Source: Bdellovibrionales bacterium (GTDB taxonomy: Bacteria > Bdellovibrionota > Bdellovibrionia > Bdellovibrionales > JAUICD01). Taken from it: DNA of 64,000 bases. Shown in pieces: positions 9,875-20,232 of this stretch; within the stretch, counting starts at the first letter, position 1, and the number at the start of each line of letters is the position of its first letter. Below the pieces are notes generated by a model. That model ran no database searches, was not told the origin of the DNA, and worked only from the letters and a program-made list of their open reading frames with translations. A program made the position numbers and the translations under genes. The stretch covers positions 992,001-1,056,000 of the forward strand of contig OZ253553.1 of NCBI GenBank assembly GCA_965262715.1. Reading direction: 5' to 3'.

Positions 9875-10528
9875 ATGGATAAACCTGATTTTACTAAGAG
9901 TATAAAAAAGGAAGAGAAGATATTAGTTTTAGAAGAAATACTTTTATCTGTAAAAAAGGAGTTAGAGTTAAAAGATCATACTAAAGATTGTATACTGGAG
10001 GTGACAGATGAGATACTGACATTTCTTTATAATTACGATCAAGATTTAGATAAAGGGCTTGTAGAAGAAGCATCCAAAAGAGTAGCAAAAAAGTTAGGTG
10101 GAAAAAGTATTATGAAAGAGCTTGCTTCTTTTAAGGACACAGAAAAAAAACGTCAGTTATCAGTTTTAGAAAAAACATTCTCATCACTAAAAAAAGACTT
10201 AAAAAATGAGTCAAAAGAATATGTAATGGAAACAACAGGAATGATACTAACATATTTTTACGATTACAATCCAAGCTTAGATAAGAAGCTTGTAGAACAA
10301 GCTTCCAAGAAAGTAACAAAAAAGTTAGGAGGAGAGGATATTATGGAAGAGCTTGATTTTACTATAGCAGGCGCGTTGCAAAGAGGAATACAGAAAGGTC
10401 GAAAGGAAGAGAGGCAAAATATTATTTTAAAGATGCTTAAAAATAAGGTGAATGTTCAAACAATTATTAAATACACTGGAACTTTAAAAAAAGAAGTGCT
10501 AGAGATTCAAAAACAAGCTAATCTTTAA
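9875..10528 (+). CDS. Rpn C-terminal-only protein (duplicated helical module, no nuclease domain)
   Basis: Two copies of ...L.S.KK.L..YD..LDK.LVE.ASK.V.KKLGG..IM, matching the C-terminal part of 8910-9866, then an Rpn-type tail. Confidence 0.7.
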   Translation: MDKPDFTKSIKKEEKILVLEEILLSVKKELELKDHTKDCILEVTDEILTFLYNYDQDLDKGLVEEASKRVAKKLGGKSIMKELASFKDTEKKRQLSVLEKTFSSLKKDLKNESKEYVMETTGMILTYFYDYNPSLDKKLVEQASKKVTKKLGGEDIMEELDFTIAGALQRGIQKGRKEERQNIILKMLKNKVNVQTIIKYTGTLKKEVLEIQKQANL

Positions 10529-10720
10529 GAAATCTTAAAAAATATCTATTTATCTCAATCCCAAAAAGCATATATGCTATTTATAAACATAAAAACTATC
10601 AAGACATAGCTAACAGATACAGTTTGCTGACCTTGCCAACCTACCAGATTCCTGGGAACTTAAGTTTATTTGTTGTGTGAAAAATAATAACGATTCTTAT
10701 TAAAAAATTAAAAATGTATG

Positions 10721-10816
10721 AAATCCGGATTCGATGTTTGAAATCCGGACAATATCTTGGGTTTTATAATCTAAAACCCACTTTTACCTGCATTTTAACA
10801 TGGCATATATCTTGCT
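10721..10816 (+). promoter_or_regulatory. Sigma-54-type promoter (10801-10816) with paired AAATCCGGA sites
   Basis: TGGCATATATCTTGCT; AAATCCGGA at 10721 and 10741. Confidence 0.7.
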
Positions 10817-10876
10817 TATACTTTATCTATAAATACTTTAAGAAGAGCATATAAATAACATGAGGAGTCAGAAATA

Positions 10877-11830
10877 ATGATAAAGAGCAAAGAAAGTTTT
10901 CAAGTTGAGCATGATCAAACTGCTAAACTAGGTCTTAAGCATAAGGATAGGTTTAAAGATTTTTTAAAATTTGGATTGAGTTTTGAAAAATTTCAAGCTC
11001 TTGATTTGGATTGTCTTGAGTTTATTGATACAGAATTTTTACAAAAAGGTTTAAATGAAAAATTTCGATCTTACAGAGCTGATGTGATCGCTAAAGTTGG
11101 CTTAAAAACAGAAGACACAAAAGTTTTTGTAGGTATTATCGTAGAACATAAAAGTCATCATGAATCTGAAAAAAGGCTTTTTCTTCAAGCTTTAAGATAC
11201 AACTTAGCTCTTCTAGAAATAGATCTTTACCCTATTATAACTGTTTTGTTATTTCATGGAAAAGCTCCTTTAAATATATCTCCTAATTTACAAACAGTTT
11301 TTCATTTGAAATCAGAAACTAAGCGTATTTTTGGGACTTCTTCTTTAAGTTTTGGGCTAGATATGATAGATTTAAGAAAGATACCTAAGGAGGATATAAA
11401 AGGTAAGGCAGGTACGGCATCTGCTCTTTGTTATGCTTTAAAAACTTCTTTAGATATGACAGAAAATGATATTAAATCAGTATTTGAATTGTGTAAAAGA
11501 GATAGTAAAGATTCTGCAAGATATCGTGAATATGCTGGTTTTTTAAGTAGATATATGCTACAGAGTACAGAGTACACAAGGTTAGCACTTCATGCAATTG
11601 AACAAAAAATTATTACAAATAAGGAGGATCGGGTTATGCCAAGTACAGCTTCTAAAATATTTAATGAAGGAATAGAGCAGGGAATTGAAAAAGGAGTCGA
11701 ACAAGGGGCTGAGAAAGAGCGTAGAAAGATTGCTTTAAATATGTTAAAAACTGGTGTTGATATTCAAGTGATTCTTGATGCTACAAAGTTAAGCAGGGAA
11801 GAGTTAGAACAGCTTAAAAACAGTTTTTAA
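10877..11830 (+). CDS. Rpn-family nuclease / putative transposase (divergent paralog)
   Basis: EHDQTAK, RADVIAKV, IVEHKS, LLFHG, EGIEQGIEKG repeats, KIALNMLK...TKLS. Confidence 0.85.
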   Translation: MIKSKESFQVEHDQTAKLGLKHKDRFKDFLKFGLSFEKFQALDLDCLEFIDTEFLQKGLNEKFRSYRADVIAKVGLKTEDTKVFVGIIVEHKSHHESEKRLFLQALRYNLALLEIDLYPIITVLLFHGKAPLNISPNLQTVFHLKSETKRIFGTSSLSFGLDMIDLRKIPKEDIKGKAGTASALCYALKTSLDMTENDIKSVFELCKRDSKDSARYREYAGFLSRYMLQSTEYTRLALHAIEQKIITNKEDRVMPSTASKIFNEGIEQGIEKGVEQGAEKERRKIALNMLKTGVDIQVILDATKLSREELEQLKNSF

Positions 11831-11942
11831 TTTACTAAACTGTGTAGATAGTCACCAGATAAACAACCTCTAATATTATTTCTTATTTTTTAATGGTTTT
11901 ATTTCTATATGTTACCCATGTCCCTTGTAGTACAAAACTTAA

Positions 11943-12814
11943 GTTTGAGCTATTTTGTAACCTAATCTGTTTCACTAAAAATGCATCTAATTCTGTTTCA
12001 CTAAAAATGAATCCGCCTCTGGCGGTTTTCTGGCAATAAGCCCGACAGTCTTTTGCTGTCGGCAAATAGCTTATTGCCTAGAAAACATATTCATTTTGAG
12101 TAAAGGAGATACTCTTCTTTATTTAACAAAATGTTAAGGAAACTATTTATCATTTTTTATCGCTATGTTTGAGCTATTTTGTAACCTAATCTGTTTCACT
12201 AAAAATGCATCTAATTCTGTTTCACTAAAAATGAATCCGCCTCTGGCGGTTTTCTGGCAATAAGCCCGACAGTCTTTTGCTGTCGGCAAATAGCTTATTG
12301 CCTAGAAAACATATTCATTTTGAGTAAAGGAGATACTCTTCTTTATTTAACAAAATGTTAAGGAAACTATTTATCATTTTTTATCGCTATGTTTGAGCTA
12401 TTTTGTAACCTAATCTGTTTCACTAAAAATGCATCTGACCTCTGGTCACTTTCTGACAGTAAGCCTGAAGATTCACATCTTCAGCAAATAGCTTACTGCC
12501 TAGAAAGCTTGATGCATTTTTACTAGAAGAATATCCTCGTTAATTAACAAAATGTTAAGGAAATCGTTTATTATTTTTTTTATTCACTATGTTTGAGCTA
12601 TTTTGTATCCTAGTTTGTTTCACTAAAAATGCATCTAGCCTCTAGCTACTTTTTGGCAGTAAACCTGAAGATTCACATCTTCAGCAAATAGCTTACTGCC
12701 TAGAAAGCTTGATGCATTTTTACTAGAAGAATATCCTCGTTAATTAACAAAATGTTAAGGAAACTGTTTATCATTTTTTATCGCTATGTTTGAGCTATTT
12801 TGTACCCTAGTTTG
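11943..12814 (+). repeat. Tandem array of four 197-224 bp units (structured palindromic element plus a copy of the neighbouring gene's 3' end)
   Basis: GTTTGAGCTATTTTGTA recurs at 11943, 12167, 12391, 12591, 12788; units 1 and 2 identical. Confidence 0.92.
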
Positions 12815-13269
12815 CAGGATATTCTAAAGTCACCAAAAGTCAATGGCTGACATTTTAAACGGTTTGTAAATTCTAAATTCGGCTTAGTCCAGCAGTGATA
12901 GACTCTGAAATCATTAAATGTATTGGTAGATATGATATCTCTGCAAGCTCTTACGGCGTAATTGCTTCTTAGTAACTTACAGTCTTCCTCTCTTTTGCAA
13001 ATACCTAAAAAAGACTCGATAACTCCACCTGTCCTTAAAATTTCCTCATGATTTATATCGTAGTTTTTGTAAATAATCATTTGAAAAGCTTCTGTATCTT
13101 CCTTTAAGCGCATGGATAGGCGAAAGTATTCTATCTGTCTAAACTGCTCTAAGTTAAAATGATCGATAAAGGTGTAGATAACTCCAACACCTACAATCAA
13201 AACCCAGCAATAAACCCAATATTTATATTTTCTAAGTATCCTTAAATACTTTATAAATGGCTTCATCAT
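12784..13269 (-). CDS. Hypothetical membrane-anchored Cys-containing protein downstream of pilin (copy 1)
   Basis: N-terminal hydrophobic segment; near-identical paralog at 21718-22206; GAGG RBS. Confidence 0.75.
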   Translation of the reverse strand: MMKPFIKYLRILRKYKYWVYCWVLIVGVGVIYTFIDHFNLEQFRQIEYFRLSMRLKEDTEAFQMIIYKNYDINHEEILRTGGVIESFLGICKREEDCKLLRSNYAVRACRDIISTNTFNDFRVYHCWTKPNLEFTNRLKCQPLTFGDFRISCKLGYKIAQT

Positions 13270-13285
13270 AAAACCTCATAAAATA

Positions 13286-13317
13286 AAAGCCATCTAGGTA
13301 GATACTTAGATGGCTTT
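13286..13317 (-). terminator. Hairpin between pilin and downstream gene (terminator/attenuator-like)
   Basis: AAAGCCATCTA-N10-TAGATGGCTTT followed by T-rich tract on the minus strand; counterpart at 21671-21702. Confidence 0.6.
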
Positions 13318-13364
13318 ATAAAGTGAATTTTTTAAACAAGATTACAAAGTTTTTTAAGATAAAA

Positions 13365-14138
13365 TTATTGAGTTCCATCTTCTTGGTTAAGCATTGTTTT
13401 ATTTTGATCCATAAGCCATACATCAATACCGTCACCGCCTATGTTCCCTATCATCCCTATACTAAAACTCACACTGTTTCTAGCTATATTCCTAAGAAGA
13501 ACCCCTCCATTAACAAGGGTACAAGTTGTAACAGGAGAAGTAGTACTAGCATTACAACTTGCACCCCCACTAGCTAAAGTACATGTACCGCTTCCTGAAG
13601 CAACAAGACAAGAGTTTAAACTACCAAAAGTAAGTGGTGTTGAGCCATTTACTTCATAATCTGCCCCTGCGGCTACTATACAACTACCTATATTACTTCC
13701 ATCTTGAAAAGATGAATGATGGGCTCCAGCACATAAGCTAAAAGTATCTATATCTTGCTCATCTGCTGCTAAAGGACCATTATAACCAGTTAATCTAGTT
13801 GTTTCACTATTAACAATATTACCTACTTCTATTGCAGAAAACCCTGCTAAATAATTTATGACTCCATCAGGAGAAAAGCCAATTTGACGTATATTAGTGG
13901 ACCCAAAGCCCCACTCAGATATAAAGGCTTTTTCAGCAGTAAAGATCCCTGACGCTATTATTTTTGCTTCTGACTGCCTTGCTTTTCTTTGGAAACGTTG
14001 ATAGTTCGGGATGGCAATGGCTGCTAAAATACCAATAATTGCAACAACCACCATTAATTCAACTAATGAAAAACCGCCTTGTCTACCAAAACGACTTCTC
14101 TTATACATCTTATATATTTTAAATCTTGATAATCCCAT
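13365..14138 (-). CDS. pilA: Type IV pilin (copy 1)
   Basis: Class III signal [25 protein letters not shown] with Glu5; Cys-rich globular part; AAGGAG RBS. Confidence 0.9.
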   Translation of the reverse strand: MGLSRFKIYKMYKRSRFGRQGGFSLVELMVVVAIIGILAAIAIPNYQRFQRKARQSEAKIIASGIFTAEKAFISEWGFGSTNIRQIGFSPDGVINYLAGFSAIEVGNIVNSETTRLTGYNGPLAADEQDIDTFSLCAGAHHSSFQDGSNIGSCIVAAGADYEVNGSTPLTFGSLNSCLVASGSGTCTLASGGASCNASTTSPVTTCTLVNGGVLLRNIARNSVSFSIGMIGNIGGDGIDVWLMDQNKTMLNQEDGTQ

Positions 14139-15118
14139 TTTTTATCTCCTTTATTATTATTCTTAATAACAATCATGCTTTGTTTTTTTCATCATTCATT
14201 AAGGTTGAAAAGCTTAAGATGGATGTTCAAAAAGTAATGAAATGCTGAGGTACTAAACATGTAAGCACTTATAACTTTAAGTCCAGTTAAAACTAGCCTT
14301 TACACTACTAATGGCTGAATTTTGACTGTGACTTATATATAAAAGTTACAGTATCAAATAGTTAAAATCACTCAACTATTTAACCTTCATTTCGCAAGCA
14401 AAAAAACTAGTCCTTTGTACCTTCCTAGTTTCGTCTTGGTTTAATGAAGATTTATCTTTCTACATATACGCACCCCCTGCTTTCTCTTTATGATTTTGTA
14501 AGAAGCATATTGTCATCTTACCTACTTATTACATGCATATATTTTAAATTGTTACTTATATATTATGCTATGCAGTTATGACTATACCTTCTGACACTAG
14601 TATATCGTAATTTACAAACAATAACTTAATATTTTTACTATAAAAATTAAATAATATAACACATTGAAATTACTTAATTAATTTAAAATTAATTTTACAA
14701 TATTTTATTATTATACACGGTATAATAGTGAAGATGTTCTAAATTGATAAATAACTTGTTTTCAACTGACACATTTTTATTTTTTCTAATACAAGAAAGG
14801 TTTCAGAAAAAAGAAGAGCTTAAAAATTGTTCTATTCTACTACATATATATACTGCATTTGACGCCAGCTAAGTATAAGGATTCATTACTATAATAGAAG
14901 TATAATTAATAAGTTCTTAATTAAGGATATCAAGCTTATTTAGAATTATCTGGAGCTTCACTGATAGAAGTTTATATTTATTTCATTTTCTAATAAAAAA
15001 TTAAAAAGAATTAAAGATAACAAATTCTTATTCTTTTTTTATTTTACTCTATTGACTTATTTAGAGAGAGCATATAGAGGAGTAAAGACAAATAATAAAC
15101 AAATATTGGAGTCTATTA

Positions 15119-15652
15119 ATGAAAATTATTACAGAGTATATCTTTTCATGTGGTAATTGCATTCTTCAAATTTGCTTGTGTGTTCTTATTTACTTACAAT
15201 TAAATCCTATAAGAAACCAAAACACTCTTATAAACGAGCAAATTAACAATGAAAAATGCCACAGAATACAGGACAGATATTATCAAATTTACAGATATTA
15301 TCGAGATGACATAAACAATTTGGGAAGCTCATTTTATGCAAGCATGCTAGAGGGAAAATTAAAAACAGAAATGAAGCGAATAGCAAGCAATACAATAAGG
15401 CATTTTTCTTTTGAAAATGATAACCCATTTCTTATTATTAGAGCACTAGAAAGCGCATTAGCTCACACTTATTCTGATCAGCAAAAAGTGAGTCATTTAA
15501 AAAATCAAAACAAAAGATTTTTAGCTAGTATTGATGTACAAGATAGAGAAAGGATTTTAAAAGAGGTTCTGGGATCACTTAGAGAAGATAATTCTAGATG
15601 GCCCACAGAGGAACAATACACATCATGGATATCTTATCAATCCTGCTTCTAA
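15119..15652 (+). CDS. Hypothetical protein with N-terminal hydrophobic segment
   Basis: 177-aa ORF with GGAG RBS; no recognised motif. Confidence 0.55.
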   Translation: MKIITEYIFSCGNCILQICLCVLIYLQLNPIRNQNTLINEQINNEKCHRIQDRYYQIYRYYRDDINNLGSSFYASMLEGKLKTEMKRIASNTIRHFSFENDNPFLIIRALESALAHTYSDQQKVSHLKNQNKRFLASIDVQDRERILKEVLGSLREDNSRWPTEEQYTSWISYQSCF

Positions 15653-15771
15653 AAAATACATCTTTTTAAAAAACACAATAAATAGAAATTTTATTTATTT
15701 TGTCCTTGACTTTTTGAGAAAAGTCACTGATACTATATTTAGCTCATTTGTCACGTGTAGAAAGAGTTACT

Positions 15772-15804
15772 GGGGACGCTTTAAAAGGTGTCCCTTGTTT
15801 TTTT
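15772..15804 (+). terminator. Rho-independent terminator
   Basis: GGGACGC-N8-GTGTCCC stem followed by TTGTTTTTTT. Confidence 0.6.
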
Positions 15805-15816
15805 GTGAAAGCTTTC

Positions 15817-16101
15817 CTATTTTTCTTTTTCTTCTCTCTTTGATGTTTTCCAAACACATTCTGCAGGATCGTTCTTTCCATCTTCTGTAACAACAAAAAT
15901 TTCTTTAAAAATATTTTTACTTTGAGAGATATTGTCTACTTTTTGTTGAAACTTCTTTAAACATTCTTTTTTGAGAGCTGAAGAGCGGTCTTGTGGGAGG
16001 ATAAGAAAAGAGTAGTCAAATTTTATGTAAGAGGCAGATAATAAGAATGTTAGTTTTAAATAAATTGAGAAAAAATTCAACCTGCTCACACCTGCTCTCA
16101 T
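15817..16101 (-). CDS. Hypothetical protein downstream of TA module
   Basis: 94-aa ORF only; start uncertain. Confidence 0.3.
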   Translation of the reverse strand: MRAGVSRLNFFSIYLKLTFLLSASYIKFDYSFLILPQDRSSALKKECLKKFQQKVDNISQSKNIFKEIFVVTEDGKNDPAECVWKTSKREEKEK

Positions 16102-16127
16102 TTATGAAATTAAAATATTTATAAAGC

Positions 16128-16439
16128 TTAAGCAACTTTAGTGCCAGTGGGTTCAACAGTAATCTTGATTTTTAAGTTAAATGCCTTATGTAAATATTTG
16201 TCTATGGTATCTGTGGTAAACTTTCTTCTTTTATTAACAAAATCTGATATATGTTGAATTGAGACCCCTGCTCGATTTGCAAATTCTTGAAGACCCATCG
16301 ATATGATTGTTTCACGCAGAGCCTCTTCTAAACTCATTTTTTCATCATTTATAAGATTCATTATATAAGATTGAGCAAACTCTGTATTTTCAAACTTAGA
16401 AGCTAACAGTTCATTAAAATCTTTATGCTTATTTCCCAT
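16128..16439 (-). CDS. HTH (Xre-like) antitoxin
   Basis: GLQEFANRAGVSIQHISDF HTH; ATG 16439 with GGAGG RBS, overlapping toxin stop. Confidence 0.8.
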   Translation of the reverse strand: MGNKHKDFNELLASKFENTEFAQSYIMNLINDEKMSLEEALRETIISMGLQEFANRAGVSIQHISDFVNKRRKFTTDTIDKYLHKAFNLKIKITVEPTGTKVA

Positions 16440-16749
16440 AATTCCTCCAAATTTCTTTTGCTTTCTCAATATCACGGTTCTGTGTTTTTTTATCTCCGCC
16501 AATAAGTAAGATAATCAAATCTTTTCCATCTTCAGCAAAATAGATCCTATAACCTGGGCCATAAGGTATCTTTATTTCAAAAATTCCATCTTTCAATGTT
16601 CTTATTGATTCTTTAGCTCCACTTTTTGCAATTCTTTGAATAAGTCGTACAACGATAGCTTGAACCGAGTTATCTAATCTATTAAGCCAATCTTCAAAAG
16701 GTGATTTTCCATTTTCTGTTACAAAATACCTAACTTTTTTAATACTCAC
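16429..16749 (-). CDS. RelE/HigB-type addiction-module toxin
   Basis: GKSPFEDWL, GIFEIKIPYGPGYRIYF, LLIGGDKKTQNRDIEKAK. Confidence 0.9.
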   Translation of the reverse strand: MSIKKVRYFVTENGKSPFEDWLNRLDNSVQAIVVRLIQRIAKSGAKESIRTLKDGIFEIKIPYGPGYRIYFAEDGKDLIILLIGGDKKTQNRDIEKAKEIWRNYGK

Positions 16750-16765
16750 TTCATACCTTTTTAGT

Positions 16766-16794
16766 AAACTACCCTACAAAGGGTAGTTTGTCAA
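16766..16794 (-). promoter_or_regulatory. Sigma-70 promoter with overlapping operator palindrome for the TA operon
   Basis: TTGACA-17-TAGTTT on minus strand; perfect AAACTACCCT-N4-AGGGTAGTTT. Confidence 0.65.
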
Positions 16795-16860
16795 GATTTA
16801 AACAAATATATCATTCTAAATGTTACATGTTACCCCAATTATAAAAAACTTAATATAATA

Positions 16861-16920
16861 AGCAAGATACATGCCATGTTAAAGTATAAATAAAGAGGGT
16901 TTCATGTACGGAAATTGAGT
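16861..16920 (-). promoter_or_regulatory. Sigma-54-type promoter homologous to the Rpn leaders
   Basis: Minus strand TTTAACATGGCATGTATCTTGCT identical to 8779-8801. Confidence 0.6.
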
Positions 16921-17074
16921 ATTTAATTTTAAATTCATGCACATTACTTAAATTGAATAAACTTATTAAAAATACATATATGAATATCATAAAGCAATAA
17001 TAAATATAAATATAAATTTAAATTTAATGATATTATTTCGTCCTAAAGTCTCCGAAAAGAATATTGAGGTTTAG

Positions 17075-18487
17075 ATGTGTTTCCGATTATTTATAGTTAT
17101 TTTTGCTTTAATTTATAGTGGTTCAATTTATGCAGAAGAACTTCATAAAGCCGTAAGAGAAGGTGATATAAAAGAAGTCCGCAGGCTTATTTCTTCAGGT
17201 ACAAATGTTAATCTAAGAAGTAAAAAAGGACAAACACCTCTTTATTCTACTCTTTCAGGTTCAGAAAAATCATATAACAAAGAAATGATTTTGCTCTTAA
17301 TTGAACTGGGAGCAGATGTAAATGCAAAAAATACAGAAGATAAAACTATCACCATTCCTCCAAATGATGATTTAGGTTTAATAAAAGTGCTGATAGAAAG
17401 TATGGCTGGTTATACTCCTCTACATGCTGCAGCTTCTGCTGCAATTTGGAAAAATCCACCAACTTTTTATGATAAAAAAATTCCATATAAAGAAGGAGAA
17501 ATTATCTCACTTTTGATTAAGCATAAGGCAAATGTGAATGCTAAAAGCAAAAAAGGAGATACCCCTCTCCATAATGCTTCTACAGCAAAAGTTACAGAAA
17601 TATTGATCAAACATGGAGCAAAATTAAATGCTAAAAATCATCGAGGAGAAACACCACTTCATACTGTTATATCAAGTTTCTCTGCAGGGCTAGAAGTTGC
17701 TTTTCTTTTAATTAAAAAAGGGGCAAATGTGAATGCTAAAGACAAAAAAGAAAATACCCCCCTTTATGCTCTTATCGATAAAATATCTCAAGATAAGTCT
17801 GTTTTACGAGATATAAAATATATCGTTACTGAAAAGCCTTATAAGTCTTATTTTGCTGAGCAGTTATCATTAATAACCTCTTTGGTAAAACATGGTGCAG
17901 ATATAAATATTCAAGACAAGTCTGGAGATACCTTTCTTCATAAAGTATCTGTAGTAAAAGTTGCAAATACTTTAATTGAAAATGGAGCAAAGTTAAACAT
18001 CCAAAATCATCATGGAAATACCCCTCTTCACAACAGCATATTAGAAAGATATGGTAACTTAGAAATTGCATTTCTATTGGTTGAAAAAGGAGCTGATGTA
18101 AATACTAAAAATAAAAAGGAGAATACTCCTCTTCATGAACTTGCTCGTATGATGTATATGGAAAACGTATATTCTCATTATACAGATAGTATTTTTTATA
18201 AACAATTTTATAGATCCCATATCATAAAGCAACTTGCTTTAGGGAAATTATTGATGAAAAAAGGAGTAAATGTGAATGCTAAGAATGTAAATGGTAACTC
18301 TCCACTCCATCTTACAAATAATGTAGAACTTGCCTCTTTACTAATAAAACATGGAGCAAAGATAACTGCTAAAAATAAAAAAAAACAAACTCCTTTCGAT
18401 TTAGCCGACATAAGCGAAGATAAAGAAATGACATCTCTTTTAATAAAACATGAAACTAAGTCCTATAATCAAAAGAAAAATCCCTAA
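17075..18487 (+). CDS. Secreted ankyrin-repeat protein
   Basis: Signal peptide (IYA|EE); multiple G.TPLH...LI..GA.VN repeats. Confidence 0.92.
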   Translation: MCFRLFIVIFALIYSGSIYAEELHKAVREGDIKEVRRLISSGTNVNLRSKKGQTPLYSTLSGSEKSYNKEMILLLIELGADVNAKNTEDKTITIPPNDDLGLIKVLIESMAGYTPLHAAASAAIWKNPPTFYDKKIPYKEGEIISLLIKHKANVNAKSKKGDTPLHNASTAKVTEILIKHGAKLNAKNHRGETPLHTVISSFSAGLEVAFLLIKKGANVNAKDKKENTPLYALIDKISQDKSVLRDIKYIVTEKPYKSYFAEQLSLITSLVKHGADINIQDKSGDTFLHKVSVVKVANTLIENGAKLNIQNHHGNTPLHNSILERYGNLEIAFLLVEKGADVNTKNKKENTPLHELARMMYMENVYSHYTDSIFYKQFYRSHIIKQLALGKLLMKKGVNVNAKNVNGNSPLHLTNNVELASLLIKHGAKITAKNKKKQTPFDLADISEDKEMTSLLIKHETKSYNQKKNP

Positions 18488-19038
18488 CCAAAAATACAAA
18501 CTACTAATAAACTTAGCTTTGTTTTAAAAAATGATTCCTCTTTACTAAAGTAACACTGATTTAAAATAATATACTTTGTGTTTTTTAGAAGCTTATTTCG
18601 AAATGCCCTTGACAAATTTTAAGATTTCTACAAAGTAGGCTTCCTAAAAATATTTATGAATTCAACTAGTTAAGGGTCTAATAAAAGAGGCTTCTTTTGT
18701 TAATAAATACACCATATACAAAACCTCTCGTTGGTTCTCAACGATGAACTCTGGAAATTAAAGCTTATAATACCCAGTTTGACTATAGTATTTTACTTTG
18801 CTTTTTTAAAGCCATCTTGACTTTGCTTTTCATTTGTATTTATAAAGGGGGTAGGTTCATCAATTAGAGGAGGACAATCTTTATAGCATATGACTAAAGA
18901 TTTCTAAGATAATCTCTTGAAGGCTTTATAAATTAAAGTTAAATCTCCAACATTGTAAATTCATTGTAAAAAAAGAAAGGTCAAAAATTGTTAGAATTTG
19001 TAAGATATAATTTTATTAAAATATGAGGTTGTAAACAA

Positions 19039-20232
19039 ATGAATAAATCGTACAAAGTTGTTGCTGTATTAATTATAATAGTTATTTTTTTACCTCTACA
19101 AATATTGGGTTTTTCATTAAACGATCATGAAAGGTTCAGCAAAATTGCAATTAAAGAGTTCTTCAAGTGTGTACAACCCGAAATGTTACACAATTCAAAT
19201 AGGTTAGCTTTAAATAGGTTTACTAATATTATTGTTGATGGGAACTTGCAAGAAGACATACACTATTTGATCAAAATGATGCAATATTCTCATTTTTACA
19301 ATCCATATTTTTATATAAATTTCAGATGGTCATATATTATTGATAGATGCCCTTCTAATTATCGTATTTACCATCTTGAACAAATTTTAGACGCTTATTT
19401 GAAAAGAGACAGACTTGAGATATCTGATTTGTTTTGGGATGACCAATGTCAACCTTCTTCAATATTAACAATGGCAGGATTTACAGAGTCACTTCAAGTA
19501 CCTCTTCTAGACAACCTTCATGTTTTAGATTTTAGATTGTTTTATACAAATAATCGAACTCAAATACCTGAAACATACAGAACTTATTTTAATCAATTAG
19601 GGCATGCCATTCATCATTTACAAGATATGTCTTCACCCACACATGTTGTACCTATATCACATCCTCTTCCTTTTGACTCTCCTACTTCTCATTGGGAGAC
19701 CACCTTTAAGGATGGATTCGAACATAATGATAATAGAATATCTATACTTAATAGGATAGATGCAGAATTTGATGATCAACCTTTAAACGAAATGTGTGCT
19801 TTTAAAGAGTCCACTCCAGAAACATTATTTCATATATTAGATCAATCTGCTAGAAATACATTAAATGCATTGGATCAAGAGTTATCTATTCATGTTTCAA
19901 AATCAGATAACAGATCAGGAAATAGAAGAACTGTTGTGCCAATGACAGTCACTTGGGGAAATTGGTATGACAAGCTTTCAGCATCTAGTACCAATCATAT
20001 TGGGCAATATGGCATCTATCAGGATGCCTTCGAATTGACTGAGTTTCAAATAAGTGACGACCCTCGCACACCTCAAAATGAAGAAGGTTGGATCGTTTAC
20101 GTCAACAAAAGATTTTATGATGACTTTAGATATCAGCAATATAGACAAGTTATTGAAGATACCAAAAAAGCACTGTACTATGCCTACTTGAAAATATTCA
20201 GATTACAACAAGATTCAAATGAAAATAATTAA
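19039..20232 (+). CDS. Putative secreted Zn-dependent phospholipase C / P1-nuclease-fold protein
   Basis: Signal peptide then FSLNDH; HFYNP; LGHAIHHLQDMSSPTH; FE, in the order of Zn ligands of the PLC/P1 family. Confidence 0.6.
   Translation: MNKSYKVVAVLIIIVIFLPLQILGFSLNDHERFSKIAIKEFFKCVQPEMLHNSNRLALNRFTNIIVDGNLQEDIHYLIKMMQYSHFYNPYFYINFRWSYIIDRCPSNYRIYHLEQILDAYLKRDRLEISDLFWDDQCQPSSILTMAGFTESLQVPLLDNLHVLDFRLFYTNNRTQIPETYRTYFNQLGHAIHHLQDMSSPTHVVPISHPLPFDSPTSHWETTFKDGFEHNDNRISILNRIDAEFDDQPLNEMCAFKESTPETLFHILDQSARNTLNALDQELSIHVSKSDNRSGNRRTVVPMTVTWGNWYDKLSASSTNHIGQYGIYQDAFELTEFQISDDPRTPQNEEGWIVYVNKRFYDDFRYQQYRQVIEDTKKALYYAYLKIFRLQQDSNENN

Noticed and set aside
11943..12814. CRISPR array (GTTT-starting direct repeat)
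   Set aside because: Intervening segments are 170-200 bp and homologous to each other, the repeat is the end of the adjacent gene, and no cas genes are in the window
14139..14500. c-di-GMP riboswitch upstream of pilin
   Set aside because: Could not find the conserved GEMM motifs by eye
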